Shown: positions 57,706-72,817 of the stretch, in pieces
How the letters are laid out: every line of letters begins with the position of its first letter
How positions within the stretch are numbered: position 1 is the stretch's first letter
Assembly (NCBI GenBank): GCA_951406725.2
Contig: OX597823.1
Location: forward strand, 38,212,001-38,460,000
Direction of reading: 5' to 3'
Source: Octopus vulgaris
Lineage: Eukaryota
DNA: 248,000 bases
Made by a program: the position numbers and the translations under genes
The notes under the pieces: generated by a model
Database searches by the model: none
What the model was told of the DNA's origin: nothing
What the model saw: the letters and a program-made list of their open reading frames with translations, nothing else

Positions 57706-60700
57706 CAGTAGTAGTAGTAATTCTTTGGCAAAACAAGATCATGGCCCACTTTCAGTAGCCTAGTTTTATCTTGGGGGTTAGGAAAAACTATTAATATTCG
57801 AATTTCTCCTTTTCTATGTCTGTAATTAATATAAAAGTAAAACAAAAAAACCATCCTCATTATTGTTAGTCATGCTTTATATCACCCACCTTCACAGAAT
57901 ATAATGATGTATTTTCCAAACATTACATAACATTAGGGAGTTATTTTGACAACTGCAGTTAGCTTAAAAAAAGAAAAGAAAAGCTTCATATAATGGTATA
58001 TATATTTAATACACAAAAACGTAGCAGGCAGGTTACCAACTTGTTGCCAAGGTGTAGGAAGAAAGAGCAGTAACTGTGTTAGTTGCTCAGCCTAAGAGTA
58101 CACAAATGATAAAGTATGATCTAATATGTCCCTAAATACATTTCACTACCATCTGTTTTATTATTGTTCATGTTTATTCTGAAAGTGCCTAATTCTGTTT
58201 CCCCTCTTTAAAGTATTTTCAGGGCATATTTATTACACACTATATAGTTTAGCTACCAGAGGCTAAGGTTACTTTAAGCTTTCTTCTTGTGCTAGAAACT
58301 CTGTATTCTTTCTTCTTCTAAACTGTTTCTGATAGCTATTATAATAGATATGTAGAGTAAGTATTAAAAGGATTTCCTGACGCAGTTGATTGTATGAAAA
58401 ATCTACCCTAGCACTTATGTTATGTCTATCAAAATTATGATATTTAATACAGGAAAAGTCAACTGACTCGGTTGTTATTCAGTAACAGCTAGGTATGGAT
58501 CAGAGGTGAGGAGCCTTTCTAATGCCTGGGGCAAACTGAAAGTGCTGAAGTACCCATAGGGTTGTTTGTACCTGTTTTGAGAAAATAATGAATCTAATTT
58601 TATAAATTCATAGGTATGGCATTGGTAGTCAATTACTTGCTCCTAAGGTTTAAGCTGTTCCTTGTAGATTTTTAGAGATATTGTTTGTATTTGTATATCA
58701 TTTTAAATTTAAATACAGGCAAAATTTCACTGGCAGTTAATGGTGGTGGTGGGGAACCTCTTGTCCAAATGATTAGTTATTGCTGATATTTTCCTGAATT
58801 ACACTGTGTATCACGATTTTTATCCTTGGGTAGCAACTGTTCCCTAGAAAGCATAAGAATGGCTAATATTTCCTTCAAACTTTGCTTTTGTTACATTTAT
58901 TCAAGCCTTAAAGAGTCCCTCTCAATACATGGCTATGAAGTTCCCCACAACTCTTGCTCATCGTCAGAGATGTACATATTATCAGCCTCTAAGGGACATG
59001 TTCAAATGGTTAAAGTTAAGCAACTCTGTGGTATAGAGCAGAATATTTGCTATAACTACACTTCTGTTTCAGCAACTCAACACTGAATCTGTCTGAAATG
59101 TAATGGAGACTAGGTCAGTTTCAAAACATTTACGTCCAGATCACAAAAGCAAAGTTTGAAGGGAATAGTAATCATTTCCTTTGATTTCTAGATAGAAGAA
59201 ATAGGAAATAGCACTTACTGACCAAAGACAAAAGATAAATAAATAAATAAATAAATAAATGTTTTGTTACACAGTGTTATTGAAGTATAAATTTTTCTTT
59301 TTACTTCACCCTCTCCCATGTTCTCAAGTGCACAAATTTAAATCCATGCAAAGTAAAAAATAAATAAAAAACGCAAATTTAAAAATATATGAGATTACAA
59401 GCAAAAGAAAATCTTTATTGGCTACAGAAGAGATTTAAATGAAATTCTTGAAACTGTTAGAGTGAGTTAGATACGTTTTAGCCATTATTTGGTCTAGGCC
59501 ATGTGTAAATTAATAGAACCACTTGGGATAATCTTTTAAATTATGTTTTAGGAAACCACAGTCCTTTCAAGTGAAGTGATGTTATTTACTGAGATGTATC
59601 CAGGCATTGGTGGTTTATCTGGTATTTCTTAGAGGATTTTGTCGAGTTACCATTTAAATGTTATGGAGTTTCTTTCTCCTTTGATTTCTTTCGGAATAAT
59701 ATTGAATAAGCAGGACCAGTCAAAGTCAAAAAGTTGTATCACAATGTTGTTATGTAATGTAAACTCAATTTTGCTGAGGGTGTGTGGCTCTGGGGTTAAG
59801 TCTTGGGTAATTTGTGAGGTGGATACCAGCACTGTTTATATATTACTGATGAATATTTTCCACACTGAAAACATTATGTAGCAACTTTAGTTGCATTGCA
59901 GAGAATAAAATTTGAGCTTTCTGAAGTGATTCCAATAGGCAAAGCCTGTCATGCAATTTACTATTTTTCTTTTTCTTTTCCTTTGTGATTAGTCTCTGGG
60001 GGTGTTTCAATTCTTAGCATTCCAAGAAGAGTATCTGTGGAATAATTTCATTCTAGCATTGTTCTTATAAAAACAGAAAAGAGAGAGACAGAGATTGCCC
60101 TAGGAAAAGTTAATTTATTAGAAATGCTTACATTTTTCCAGTGAAATGTGCCATCTAAATGAAGCATATCACAGCTGAAGACTATTTACTTCTCCGTTTA
60201 TACAAATTATCAGTTTGGATGATAACAGTTCCACATAAAAATAAAAAAGAAGCCATTATTGTGCATGCTGTTAAATTTACAAGATTGAGAGTCAAGGTTG
60301 ATATGAATTAAAATGGATTGACTAACATGAATATTTTTGTTACATGGCTTTTAATTAGACAATCAGTAAATGTGCAGCTTCACTGATTGCTAACAAGACA
60401 ACTGACAAAGTAATCACTATAAAGTATATTATATTATTTAAATCATAGATTTTATTTTCTGTGGTTTAAAAAAAATAAAATGCTAAAATTATATGAAAAA
60501 ATTAGAATATAATACTTGTTAGAATCACAAGCAAATATTATCTTCAATTAATTGCTTTTTTTCAAAAAATTAAGTCTTCTTTTATCATGATAATATCTGT
60601 CTGTCTCTCTGTGTATATCTAAATATTTATCTTCCTAGTATGCTAGCATTTTTATGTGTGTTGCTAGACATACACTTACATATTACTTTCTGCTTGTCTC

Positions 60701-61297
60701 TCAATTTATCTCTATCTATATTTCTCCCTTTCACACACACACTCTCACACACTTACACTCACACACACAATCTCACCTTCATAGTTTTAACAATCACTTT
60801 TCCATGCTTGCATGGATCAGACAGAGTTTAATGAGGCAGGTTTTCTATGGAGGGATGCTCTTCCTGTCACCAACCTTCATCTGTTACCCAATAAGGTAAT
60901 ATTTCCCCAGGGCCAGACAAGTTTTTGCAGAATTATTAGAATGTCAGAAGAATTGCTTTGTGCTTCAGCTCTTTCCTTTCTGATTTCAATTCTCACAGGT
61001 GCTGTCTTTGCCTTTCATTCCTCTGAGGGCAATAAATAATGTACAGGGGCTGAAAGTAGACTACCCACTCGTTTAAAAAGTTCATATCTTGTGCCTCAAT
61101 GTAAAATCATTATTATGCTGGCAGAATTGTCAGCACACCAGGCAAAATGTTTTGTGGCATTTCATCTGTTTTTACATTTCACCGAGGTGAACTTTGCCTT
61201 TCATCCTTTTGGGGGTTGATAAAATTAGTACCAATTGTTTACTGGGGAGTTTATCCACTCCCCATAAATTTCAGGCTTTGTGCCTATCATAGAAAGG

Positions 61298-61345
<48 letters not shown>

Positions 61346-61667
61346 TACTTTTAATCTGCATGTTTGTTACAATCACTCACCGAGACAGAGGTGAATAATT
61401 CAAGCCCCAAAGAATTTCTCTCAACACATGGCTATGATGCTGCCCCACTACTTCTGCTTGTGATCAAAGATGTAAATTTTATCAGCCACCGAGGGACATG
61501 TTCAACTGGTTAAGGTCAAACAACTGACAAGCAAATCTGTGGTTCTGAGCTGAATATTTACTGTAGCCCATCTTTTATATCAAGACAAAACAATGTACAT
61601 GATAACATTTCCAATCAGTTAAGATCAGAAGCCATGATAGCCACTGCCTGGTACTGCATCAGGGTAT

Positions 61668-61771
<104 letters not shown>

Positions 61772-62449
61772 ATTGTTGTTGTTGTTATCTTATCTTTCCA
61801 CTCAGTGTAGGTGTTAATTGAACACAAGTATCAGTAATGGTAAAAGCAATCAAGAACAGTTTAGCTCCTGAATAGGGAATCATCCATCCTCCATGCTAGC
61901 TTGGGTTGGATGACATGGCAAAATCTGATCAGTCAGAGGACCTTGTTACACTTCACAGTTTGTGTTAGTATGGTTTCTGTGACTTGATGCCTTTCCTAAT
62001 GCCAAACTGATTTACAAAATGCATTGGGTACTTTTCTCACGGCATCATAATTAGTGAAGTTATTTGACTAAAGGGCCTGATGGGGCTTCTGCAAGAAAAG
62101 AACAGTAGCAGAGAGAGTGAGAAAGAGAGAGAGAGAGATGATTTTAGACAAGGTAATGAGCGAGTGTGAAGTATTATGAGAGGAATAGTTTTATAGTTGT
62201 GAGAAGGCGGTAGTAGGGAGATTAATAGAGTAGACACTGTTAGGGGGGGATTATGAGTGGGACTCAGGAAAAGGAAGGGATTGGTGTTGGCAGTTAGTGA
62301 GAAAGGGAGGGACAGAATGATAAAGGTTGTGTAGAGGATATTCCTAGTTATTCCACATTACAAGGGGTAAGATGTGAGTGAAAGAGAACATGAAAGAGAG
62401 AAAATACCCGAGGATGATGAGAATCCAGAAAGGGTCATTGAAGAGGTGT

Positions 62450-63140
62450 GAGGGTCATGAGGGTAGATCAGAGAGATGAGAGGATGTTGAGATATTGGAG
62501 AAGCAGTGGAGTAAAGCAGTAAGAGAGAAAGAGACAGTCAGAGAAAAGAAATGGTAGATGGCAGTGGATGAGTGAGCATCACAGGTGATGAGATGTGATA
62601 TATGAATGATGGAGTGATGATTGAAGCAAGTGGGGGAGGGAAGGTGAGTACAGGTTGAGGAATGAAAATGGACAGATAAGAGATATGAAATGTAGAGTAA
62701 TGACTGGAGTGAGTGAGTAGATGGATGGAGGAGGGAAGGTAGGCAGAGGTTGAGTGATGAAGATGAACAGATGAGAGATATGAATGATAGAGTGAAATGA
62801 GTGAGGAGATGGATGGGGAGAGAAGATGAGCACAGGTTGAGCGATAAAGATGAACAGATAAGAAATATGAATGATAGAGTGATAACTGAAGTGTGTGAGG
62901 AGATATATGGGGAAGGGAAGATGGGCATAGGTCAAGTGATGAAGATGGACAGATGAGAGATATAAAAGGTAGAGTGATGACTGAAGTGAGTGAGGAGATG
63001 ATGGGAAAAAGAAGGTAGAGGTCAAGTGAGGAAGATGGACAGATAAAAGATATGAATGGTAGAGTGATGACTGAAGTGAGTGAGGTTATGGATGGGAGAG
63101 AGAAGATAGGCACAGGTCAAATGATAAAGATGGACAGATG
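62450..63140. repeat. Degenerate GA-rich minisatellite (~85-90 bp units)
   Basis: Recurring gagtgatgactgaagtgagtgaggagat...gatgaagatggacagat. Confidence 0.75.
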
Positions 63141-63590
63141 AGAAATATGAATATATTTAGGAAATCTGAAAGTAAATTTAAAAGAAAAAAATATCGGACA
63201 CATGTTATTTACAGTATCAATTATTAACCCTGAATATGTCAATCATTCCTCTTCTCTTGTACAAGTTAAGAACCAGATTCTGAAGCCATTCATTTTCTGG
63301 TAAATGATTAGTTGTTCACTATATATATGTACCCCGACCACCTTCTCTTTCTCTTCCTTCTTTTCCTTCCCCACTTTTCCCTCTTCACCACCACCACAAC
63401 AACAAATATAAGTTCCCACCCCATTATTAAAATAATTGTCCTCTCCAAAATTCTCCTTGTCATGCCAGTGTGCATATGTATGTGTGTGTGTGTGTGTGTA
63501 TCTTGACCTATATATTTATGTATACATATGTGTATAAACATACAAACATATATAACATATATATATATATATATACATACATACATACAC

Positions 63591-63644
<54 letters not shown>

Positions 63645-64069
63645 GTGTGTATATATATACATACACACACGCAAATGTTTATGTATATATGTTTGCACAT
63701 ATACATCCGGATGCATGTATACAATACTTAGTATACTGGGAAGCAGACATAAAAAGATGATGTTGATGGGGATGCAGTACATGAAACTTCCTTCCCACAC
63801 ACACAAAAACACACACACATTCATATGCATGCTCACATACACATGTAATAAGATTGTGTATTCAGGTCAAGGAAATAAAGTCTAACAACAATTAATGACA
63901 AGAATTCATCGGTAAAAGTAATCACCCCCACCTTCCACTTTAAGAACGGAGAGTTACATATATAAAAACTGGTGATATCGTCTCATCAATGATTTTCTTC
64001 ACCCTCAAGATTACTTGACATGATAAAATGAAGTTAACCAGTAAATTTACTTTACTCTTAAATCTCTGG

Positions 64070-64070
64070 G

Positions 64071-64110
<40 letters not shown>

Positions 64111-64168
64111 AACAAATACAACAACTACTACTACTACTACTACTACTACTACAAATACAACAACTACA

Positions 64169-64199
<31 letters not shown>

Positions 64200-64285
64200 T
64201 TACTGCTGCTGCTACTACTACTACTACTACTACAAATACAACAACAACAACAACAACTACAACTACTACTACTACTACAAATACA

Positions 64286-64320
<35 letters not shown>

Positions 64321-64323
64321 AAA

Positions 64324-64392
<69 letters not shown>

Positions 64393-64408
64393 CACTACTA
64401 CTACTACA

Positions 64409-64458
<50 letters not shown>

Positions 64459-64462
64459 AAAT

Positions 64463-64530
<68 letters not shown>

Positions 64531-64567
64531 AAATACAACAAATACTACTACTACTACTACTACTACT
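64070..64567. repeat. (TAC)n/(AAC)n trinucleotide array
   Basis: Direct reading; produces the spurious poly-T, poly-V and poly-S ORFs. Confidence 0.95.
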
Positions 64568-65821
64568 ACATCCCATAAATAATGCTGTTTTTTTTATACT
64601 TCTTTTATTTTTCAAAATTAAGATAAAGTTATATTTAAATCTAAAATATACTCTCCTTCATTTTCTACAATGCTCTTCCATCTATCTGGTAGACTTGCAA
64701 GGCCCCCTCTTCTGAAATTCACTTGTCCATGATGAAAAGAACTTCTCCAGTACTGTTCTGACCTAATCTACAGAATTCATATTTTTGTCATACAAACGAT
64801 TTTAAAGACTGCAGAATAAATGATAATCAAATAGGGCAATGTCCGGCGAATATGGTTGGTGGGGTATAGTTTCTCATTCAAACTGCTCCAGCCTTTGGAA
64901 TGTCATCCTTACTGTACATGGCCAAGCATTATCCTGATAGAAGAATGTCTTTTGTCTTGAAACCAAAGATGGTTGTTTTTCTTCTAGTGCTGACTTAAGC
65001 TGCTCAAGCTTCTCACAATAGATTTCCTTTTTTGTAGTTTGGTTTGTGTTTAAAAGTTCAAAATGGACTAAACCTTTCACATCCCACCAAACAGAAAACA
65101 ACACCTTAGCCTGGGATGCCAGAGTTTCTCTTTTCCTACCCACTGTCTTCGGTGCTTGACATTTTTATAGAGAACCCATTTCTCATCACCAGTCACTAAT
65201 CAGTCCAAAAAAGGTTAATTTGTGAGATGTGACAGCAAAGAAGAGCACACATTCACTCTCTGCATGTGATTAGATTTGGAAAATTTGTAAGGAACTCACC
65301 CAATTTGCTGACTTTTCTGATGGCATGCAGGTATCGATGACTAGTTGAATGACCAAATCCAAGCTTCTTTGCTAGTTCCTCAACTATTATGAGGGGATTT
65401 TGTTCCACTAGGGTTTGCAGGATGAGCTTGTCAAGCTCTACAGGTCTTCCAGGGTAAGGCTTGTTTTCTAGGCTGTAGTCTCCAGCTCGGAATTTCTGGA
65501 ACCACCATTGACATTGGCTTTCACTTATTGTCCAATCCCCATATACCGCATTAATATTCCTCACACTTTCCATTGCATGGTTGCCTTTATTGAACTCATA
65601 AAGCAAAATATACCGAATATGCTCCTTTACCACTTCTATCGTATCTTTGAAAAAATAACTGTTAAAATCGAACTGCACTCTTCAAAACTTGCACTAAGAA
65701 TGAACACAAAGTAAAATTACTACTTACTTTTATAGGAAGTTGATGCAGGTAGTTTATCCCGTCCCTCTCCAACTTTTAGTTCATGCAATTGAAAAAAATG
65801 CATTATTTATGTGATGACTCA

Positions 65822-65823
<2 letters not shown>
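64568..65823 (-). mobile_element. Near full-length mariner, decayed; same family at 71029-71900 (+, deleted) and 240971-242252 (+)
   Basis: TIRs catcccataaataatgc; EHIRYILLYEFNKG, LFSVWWDVKGLVHFELL, FYQDNAWP. Confidence 0.9.
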
Positions 65824-65863
<40 letters not shown>

Positions 65864-65892
65864 ATTTACATATGTATACATTTATATATGTA

Positions 65893-66600
65893 TAGGCGCA
65901 GGAGTGGCTGTGTGGTAAGTAGCTTGTCTACCAACCACATGGTTCCGGGTTCAGTCCCACTGCGTGGCACCTTGGGCAAGTGTCTTCTACTATAGCCTTG
66001 GGCCGACCAAAGCCTTGTGAGTGGATTTGGTAGACGGAAACTGAAAGAAGCCCGTCGTATATATGTATGTATATATATGCGTGTGTGTGTTTGTCCCCTA
66101 GCATTGCTTGACAACCGATGCTGGTGTGTTTATGTCCCCGTTACTTAGCGGTTCGGCAAAAGAGACCGATAGAACAAGTACTGGACTTATTTAGCCCATT
66201 GATAAAACTAATACCCACACTTTCTCCCACATACCCACTCTTTCCCTCTCTTTTATTATTACCCCCACTCCCACTCCCACCATCAACACTACTACTTTAA
66301 ATAAAAGAAAGGGAGAGAAAGAAAGACAGAAATTTAGAGACAGTTGATGATGTTTTATTTAAAGTAGTAGTGTTGATGGTGGGAGTGGGAGTAATAATAA
66401 AAGAGAGAGAAAGAGTGGGTATGTGGGAGAAAGTGTGGGTATTAGTTTTATCAATGGGCTTAATAAGTCCAGTACTTATTCTATCGGTCTCTTTTGCCGA
66501 ACCGCTAAAGTATTTAATAAGTCCCGGGGTCGAGTTGCTCGATTAAAAACGGTGCTCCAGCAGTCAAATGACTGAAACAAGTAAAAGAGTAAAAGAGTAT
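65893..66600 (+). mobile_element. tRNA-derived SINE (commonest family) interrupted by a 360-bp inverted insertion
   Basis: Head ggcgcaggagtggctgtgtggtaagtag...ggttcagtcccactgcgtggcaccttgggcaagt; tail gactgaaacaagtaaaagagtaaaagag. Inverted arms 66145-66306 and 66353-66508. Confidence 0.85.
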
Positions 66601-67865
66601 GTATGCATGTATATATGTATGGATAAATCAACTGAAAATTTACAAATCTGACTCAAGGGCTAATATTTTTGTGCATGACAATGGGAGAGACTTTAGATGT
66701 TTGAACAGGATCTTTGACTAATAGGTACAGGATAGCTGTGGGCTTCTGTACAGTTTCCATCTACCAAAATTTGCTCACAAGCCTCAAGTTCTCTCAATAA
66801 CTCTCTCCTTCTCACAATAAAACTTGATATAAGAATTGTTTAAATTATGCAGAAGCTCCCTGCCTGGGTTTGATAACATTGTTTTTGATAAAATAATGGA
66901 ATCTGCACAAACATCTACTTTTGTTCTTTATCAAACATACGAATCATAACACTTTAACAACAAGAATATTTTCTTATAACTTGGCACAATGCCAGTTTTG
67001 TAAGGGAATGGATTTAGCAGGGTAAGCTAATATCAGTTAGTTAATCAGTCTTAATTATATGCAGATTAATTCTTTTGAGAGTTGGATGTGAAAATGTGTA
67101 GCACCAAACTAGATGCTGTGTATTATGCGGTCTTTTATTGCTCACTTTTGTAATATGTTTGTGTGCGTATGACTGTGTGTATATCTATGTATGGATACAT
67201 ATATAGACACACATGGATACACACATACATCTCTCTCCCTCACCATTTCTCTTTGTAAGTGTGTGTGTGTGTTTGGTTCCAAAGAAGATATCATTGTGAG
67301 GGTTGTTCTCCTTATATTTTCTGTCAATCATTCAACCAATAGATAAAACTGAACCATGAACACACCATGAACACACCTAAATGTACATCTGAAACAGCTG
67401 TAAGCTTATAATAAATTAATGTATATAACCCATTATTTCTGTCTATTATATATCTAATATAATGAATGTGAAAACTAATTTCTATGTGTCAGTGTTTCAC
67501 ACTTAGACCCCCTCTCTCACTATTCAATGACATTCCTACTATTACTCATGATGGGGTGAGAGTAATAGTAGGTATAGAGACAGTGAGGGCAGTGGCGAAG
67601 ACACAGAGAGAGAGAGAGAGAAAGAAAGGAAAAGAAAGGGAGAGAAAGAAAGACAGAAATTTAGAGACAGTTGATGATGTTTTATTTAAAGTAGTAGTGT
67701 TGATGGTGGGAGTGGGAGTAATAATAAAAGAGAGAGAAAGAAAGAGTGGGTATGTGGGAGAAAGAGGGAGATGACGTACAACTTTGTTTAACCATGTCTC
67801 TTTGAAAGAAATCCTTGTTGCCAACATAATGATAACTATCATTTTTGTTTTATTTTTGCTTTCTT

Positions 67866-67906
<41 letters not shown>

Positions 67907-68556
67907 ATCATATAATATGATATGATATAATATCTTGTATAATATCTTGTATTGTCACTGGACTGTGGCCATACTGGGGCACCACCTTCAAGGGTTAGTT
68001 GAACAAGTTGACCCTTGTACTTATTTTTAAGTATGTACTTATTCTTGAGTCTTTTTTGCTGAACTGCTTAGGTACAGGGATGTAAACAAACCAGTACCAG
68101 TTGTTAAGTGGTTGAGATACAAACACAAAGGCAAACACATCATCTCCCACTCTTCTTCTATCTCCTACTCTTCTTTTGCAGTCTTGTGAACTCATCCACT
68201 CACTTATCCTATCTAATCCATGGTTCTTATTCACGTATACACCTCCCTGAAATGTGAGTGCATCCCCTCCACCACCATATATCCACCATTTTCTCTCTCT
68301 CCTCTCTCTCTCTCTCTCTCTTCCAACTGCAGCAGCCATATATCTCTTCTTCTGCAAGACACCTATATCTGTCCCTCTGTCCATACCAAACTCATTCACA
68401 AGACATTGGTTGGACCAGGTCTAGAGTGAAAACACTTGCTCAAGGTACCATGCAGTGGGACTGATCCCGAAATCACATGGTTACAAGGTGAGCTCCTTAG
68501 CCACGTAGACATGTATGCACCACACACACACACACATACACATGTGCGCGCACATG

Positions 68557-68587
<31 letters not shown>

Positions 68588-69643
68588 ATATACATATATA
68601 AATATGTAAAAGACTTGTTGCTTGCAATAAATCAAGTTATAGTAATTTCTTCAGTTTCTTTTTGTTGTTTTTTTTTTTCTCTATACTCCATTTGGCATTT
68701 TGTCAATAGTTATATTTCAAAACCACAGGCAAGCTGTTATTCATAGTCAGGCAACAGGTATTTCATGCAAAATATTCCACATGAATGTTTCGTTGCCAGC
68801 TCAATGTTTTACTACTTAGATAATGGAAACTATTGACCATTCTTGTTTTGTTTGTATTATGTTTATATATAATTGATTTGTGACACATTAACATTGCGTC
68901 CAATGCAGAAAATCAGCAGCTAAACTGTTGTTGTTTCAAATCCTTTGTTTTCTTGTTTGTTTTCTTATAGTTCTAGAATTACTAGTTGCTGTTTATCATT
69001 GTATCTTTGTTATCATCATTTCTATTTTCTCATGTCCTGACTTCCATAGGGGTGAATGTTATGGAAATCCCACCCTCTTAACGCCCTGATAATGATGTCT
69101 GTTCATGCTGTGTATCCTTCCAAAGAGATTCCAGTTCTAAGTATACAAAATTGCATTCTTTTATTCTTTAACTGGCTTCAGTAATTCAACTGTAGCCATG
69201 CTCAAGTACCACATTCAAGGGATTTATTGATGATATTGACCTCAGTACTTGTTTCAGTCTTATTTGATTGATCTCTGTTTATTAAATTGTTAAGTTGTAG
69301 GACAAAAGGGACATGATATTAGTAACATACATACATACATACATACATACATACATACATACATACATACATACATACACACACACATACATACATACAT
69401 ACATACATACATACATACATAATTATGTGTGGGTCTGTGTTTACTTGTACACATACACAAATATATGCACATATGTACATACATACATATATATATATCT
69501 ATACACACATATATGTACACACACACACACAAAAACTCTGACTGACAGACAGACACACACACATACACATTTCTATACAGAGGCAATTATGAGGATAAAC
69601 AAATGAAATAAACAACTTGGGTTTGATATACAAAATATATATA

Positions 69644-70950
69644 TACGAAGTGGTATCAAAAAGTTCCCAGACTAGTTCTGTATATATACATAACCTGTGG
69701 AAGAGGGAGATCCAGGAAGACATGGGATGAGGTGGTGAAGTATAATCTTCGAACGTTGGGCTTCACAGAGGTAATGACAAGAGACCAAAACCTCTGGAGA
69801 TATACTGTGATTGAAAAGACTCAGCAAGTAAGGCAAGATGAGAGCTGCAGCCTACACCAGCGTTGCATAACCAGCTCATTCAAAAAGTACCTTTGAATTT
69901 TTGGGTGACACGCTGTGCTTGAGGAGACCTATTGAGTCAAGTAAAATCAAAATCACAATCAGAATCTCAATCAAATCAAAATCGGAATGAAAATTGTAGT
70001 TGTGGCTGATGCCAGTACCACCTGACTGGCTTCTGTGCCTGTGGCACGTAAAAAGCACCCATTACTCTCTTGGAGTGGTTGGTGTTAGGAAGGGCATCCA
70101 GCTGTAGAAACCTTGCCAGATCAGATTGGAGCCTGCCCCCAGTCAAACTGTGCGACCCATGCCAGCATGGGAAACAGGTGTTAAACGATGATGATGGTGA
70201 TGATATAAGTATGTATTCATCACCTTATACATGAGGATTCTTGGAGTGATGACCCATCCTTCATGTTGAGGATCATCATCGGTGACAAGAGTTGGGTCTA
70301 TGGGTATGACCCTGAGATGAAGCAGCAGTCATCACAATGGAAAAGGCTTTCATCTCCATGACTGAAGAAGGCACTACAGAGCTGCAGCTCAATCAAGAGC
70401 ATGTTCATTGTTTTTTCGATACCCACAATATTGCACATCAAGAATTCATCCCCCAGGGCCAGGCCATCAATCAAGAGTTCTACTGCTATGTTTTGAAGCA
70501 TTAGAGGGAGGACATTCAACAAAAGTGACTGGATCTGTGGAACACAAAGAATTGGATTCTTCATGATGACAATACACCCTCTCACTGAGCTCTCCTCACT
70601 CATTAATTTCTTGCCAAAAATGTGAGCTTCTCACCAAAAACAACAAAATCACTTCAATGCCAGCCCTATTCACCAGATTTTGCACCTGTAGACTTCCATC
70701 TCTTACCCAAGATGAAAAGGTAGCTCAAAGGTCACCGTTTTAGCACCATTGCTGAGCAAATCACAGAAGGTCCTTGACCCACCTACGAAAAATGGCTTCC
70801 TATCTAGATTCCAAAAGTGCCAGTAATACTGGGACTGGCGTATTGCTGAGCAAGGTGACTATTTCAAAGGAGATGATGTTAAAACTCAGGTAAATAAGTT
70901 ATTTTTTATTAAACATAACTAACCTGGGAACTTTTTGATACCACCTATGT
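69644..70950 (+). mobile_element. Mariner with a nested RTE-tail insertion; related copy at 142747-143640
   Basis: TIRs tacgaagtggtatcaaaaagttccc / gggaactttttgataccacct; IIGDKSWVYGYDPE, LHDDNTP. Confidence 0.8.
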
Positions 70951-71901
70951 ATACATGTAAACAGAAAGAAATCAAAGACCGAAGCTTTTCAGTTGATGAA
71001 TATTTAAGTATAGCTATATATTGAGTCATCCCATAAATAATGTAGCTGTTTATCAATTGCATGAACTAAAAGTCAGAGGTGGGACAAGATAAACTACCTG
71101 CATCAACTCGCTATGAAGTGTCTATTCTTAGTGCATGTTTGGAAGAGTGCAGTTCGATTTTAACACTTATTTTTTCAAAGCAATAGTGGAAGTGACAAAG
71201 GAACATATTCAGCATATTTTGCTTTATGAATTCAATAAAGGCAACAATGTAATGGAAAATGCAAGGAATATTAATGCAGTATGTGAGGATTGGAAAATAA
71301 GTGTAAGCCAGTGTCAATGGTGGTTCCAGAAATTCTGAGCCAGAAAGTAGAAGATGAGCCATGTCCTGGAAGATCTGTAGAGCTCATCCTGCAAATCCTG
71401 GTGGAACAAGATTCCATTGTAACTGTTGAGTAACTAGCAGAAAAGCTTGGATTTGGTCATTCAACCAGTCATTTAAGTCAGCACTAGAAGAAAAACAACC
71501 ATCTTTGGTTTCAAGATGAAAGGTGTTCTTCCATCAGAATAATGCCTGGCCACATATAGTGAGGATGACTTTCCAAAGGCTGGAGCAGTTTGAATGGGAA
71601 ATGATGCCCTGCCCATCATATTCACTGGATATTACTACATCTGATTATCATTTATTCTTCAGTCTTCAAAATCATTTGGACGGAAAAAGTATGAACTCTG
71701 TACACAAGGTTAGAACAGTACTGGAGAAGTATTTTTTGTCACGGACAAGGGAATTTCGGAAGAGGGGCCTTGCAAGTCTACTAGATAGATGGAAGGGCAT
71801 TGTAGAAAATGAAGGAGTGTATATTTTGGATTAAAAAATAACTTTGTTTATCTTAATTTTGAAAAATAAAAGTATAAAAAAAACGGCATTATTTATGGGA
71901 T

Positions 71902-71945
<44 letters not shown>

Positions 71946-72749
71946 TCAGAGATTTAAGAGTAAAGTAAATTTACTGTTTAAATTCATTTTATCATGTCAA
72001 GTAATATTGAGGATGAGGAAAATCTTTGACGAGATGAAATCACCAGGTTTTATATGTAACTCTCCGTTCTTATAGGGGAGGTGGGGGTGATCACTTTTAC
72101 CAATGAATTCTTGTCATTAATTGTTGTTAGACTTTATTTCCTTGACCTGAATACACAATTTTATTACATGTGTATGTGTGCATGCATATGAATGTGTGTA
72201 TGTTTATTATTATGTCTGCTTACAAGTATACCAAGTATTGTATACATGCATACATATGAATATATACATACATATATACATAAACATTTGTGTGTGTGTA
72301 TACACAGACATGCAGGAAGTAAATAAACATCTTTAATTTTCAAAATTTCTGATCTAAGCATCTTAATATGTTTTCAGAGGCATAGAATTTACAATGTAAT
72401 TATTCTTTTTCATTCCAGGTGCCATTATATTAAACATTTGCGAAGAGTAACCATGCCATGCACAAAAAAATTCAGCAGAACTGTCAGATTTTGAAAGAGG
72501 TCATATTGTTGGGCAGTATGAGGCTGGTCTTAGCCAGCAAAAAATTGCCGAAAATCTTCAAAGTAAAAGAATCAACAGTTTCTCGTCCTGGCTGACCTGG
72601 GCCCTCAGAAAGGAAGCTTCGCTGTTTGAAGAGAATTGTGGAAAACAAACCCCGTTTGAAGGTTTATGACATTGCAAAACAGCTAGAAGTTAGCCACCGC
72701 TGCACCCATATCTAAATATATGTCTTATATATGTTTGTATATTTATGTG

Positions 72750-72805
<56 letters not shown>

Positions 72806-72817
72806 TATAGGTCATTA

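Noticed and set aside
64028-64615. Poly-Thr/Val/Ser ORFs suggesting a mucin
   Set aside because: Pure (TAC)n/(AAC)n tract next to a mariner TIR, with no exon boundaries.
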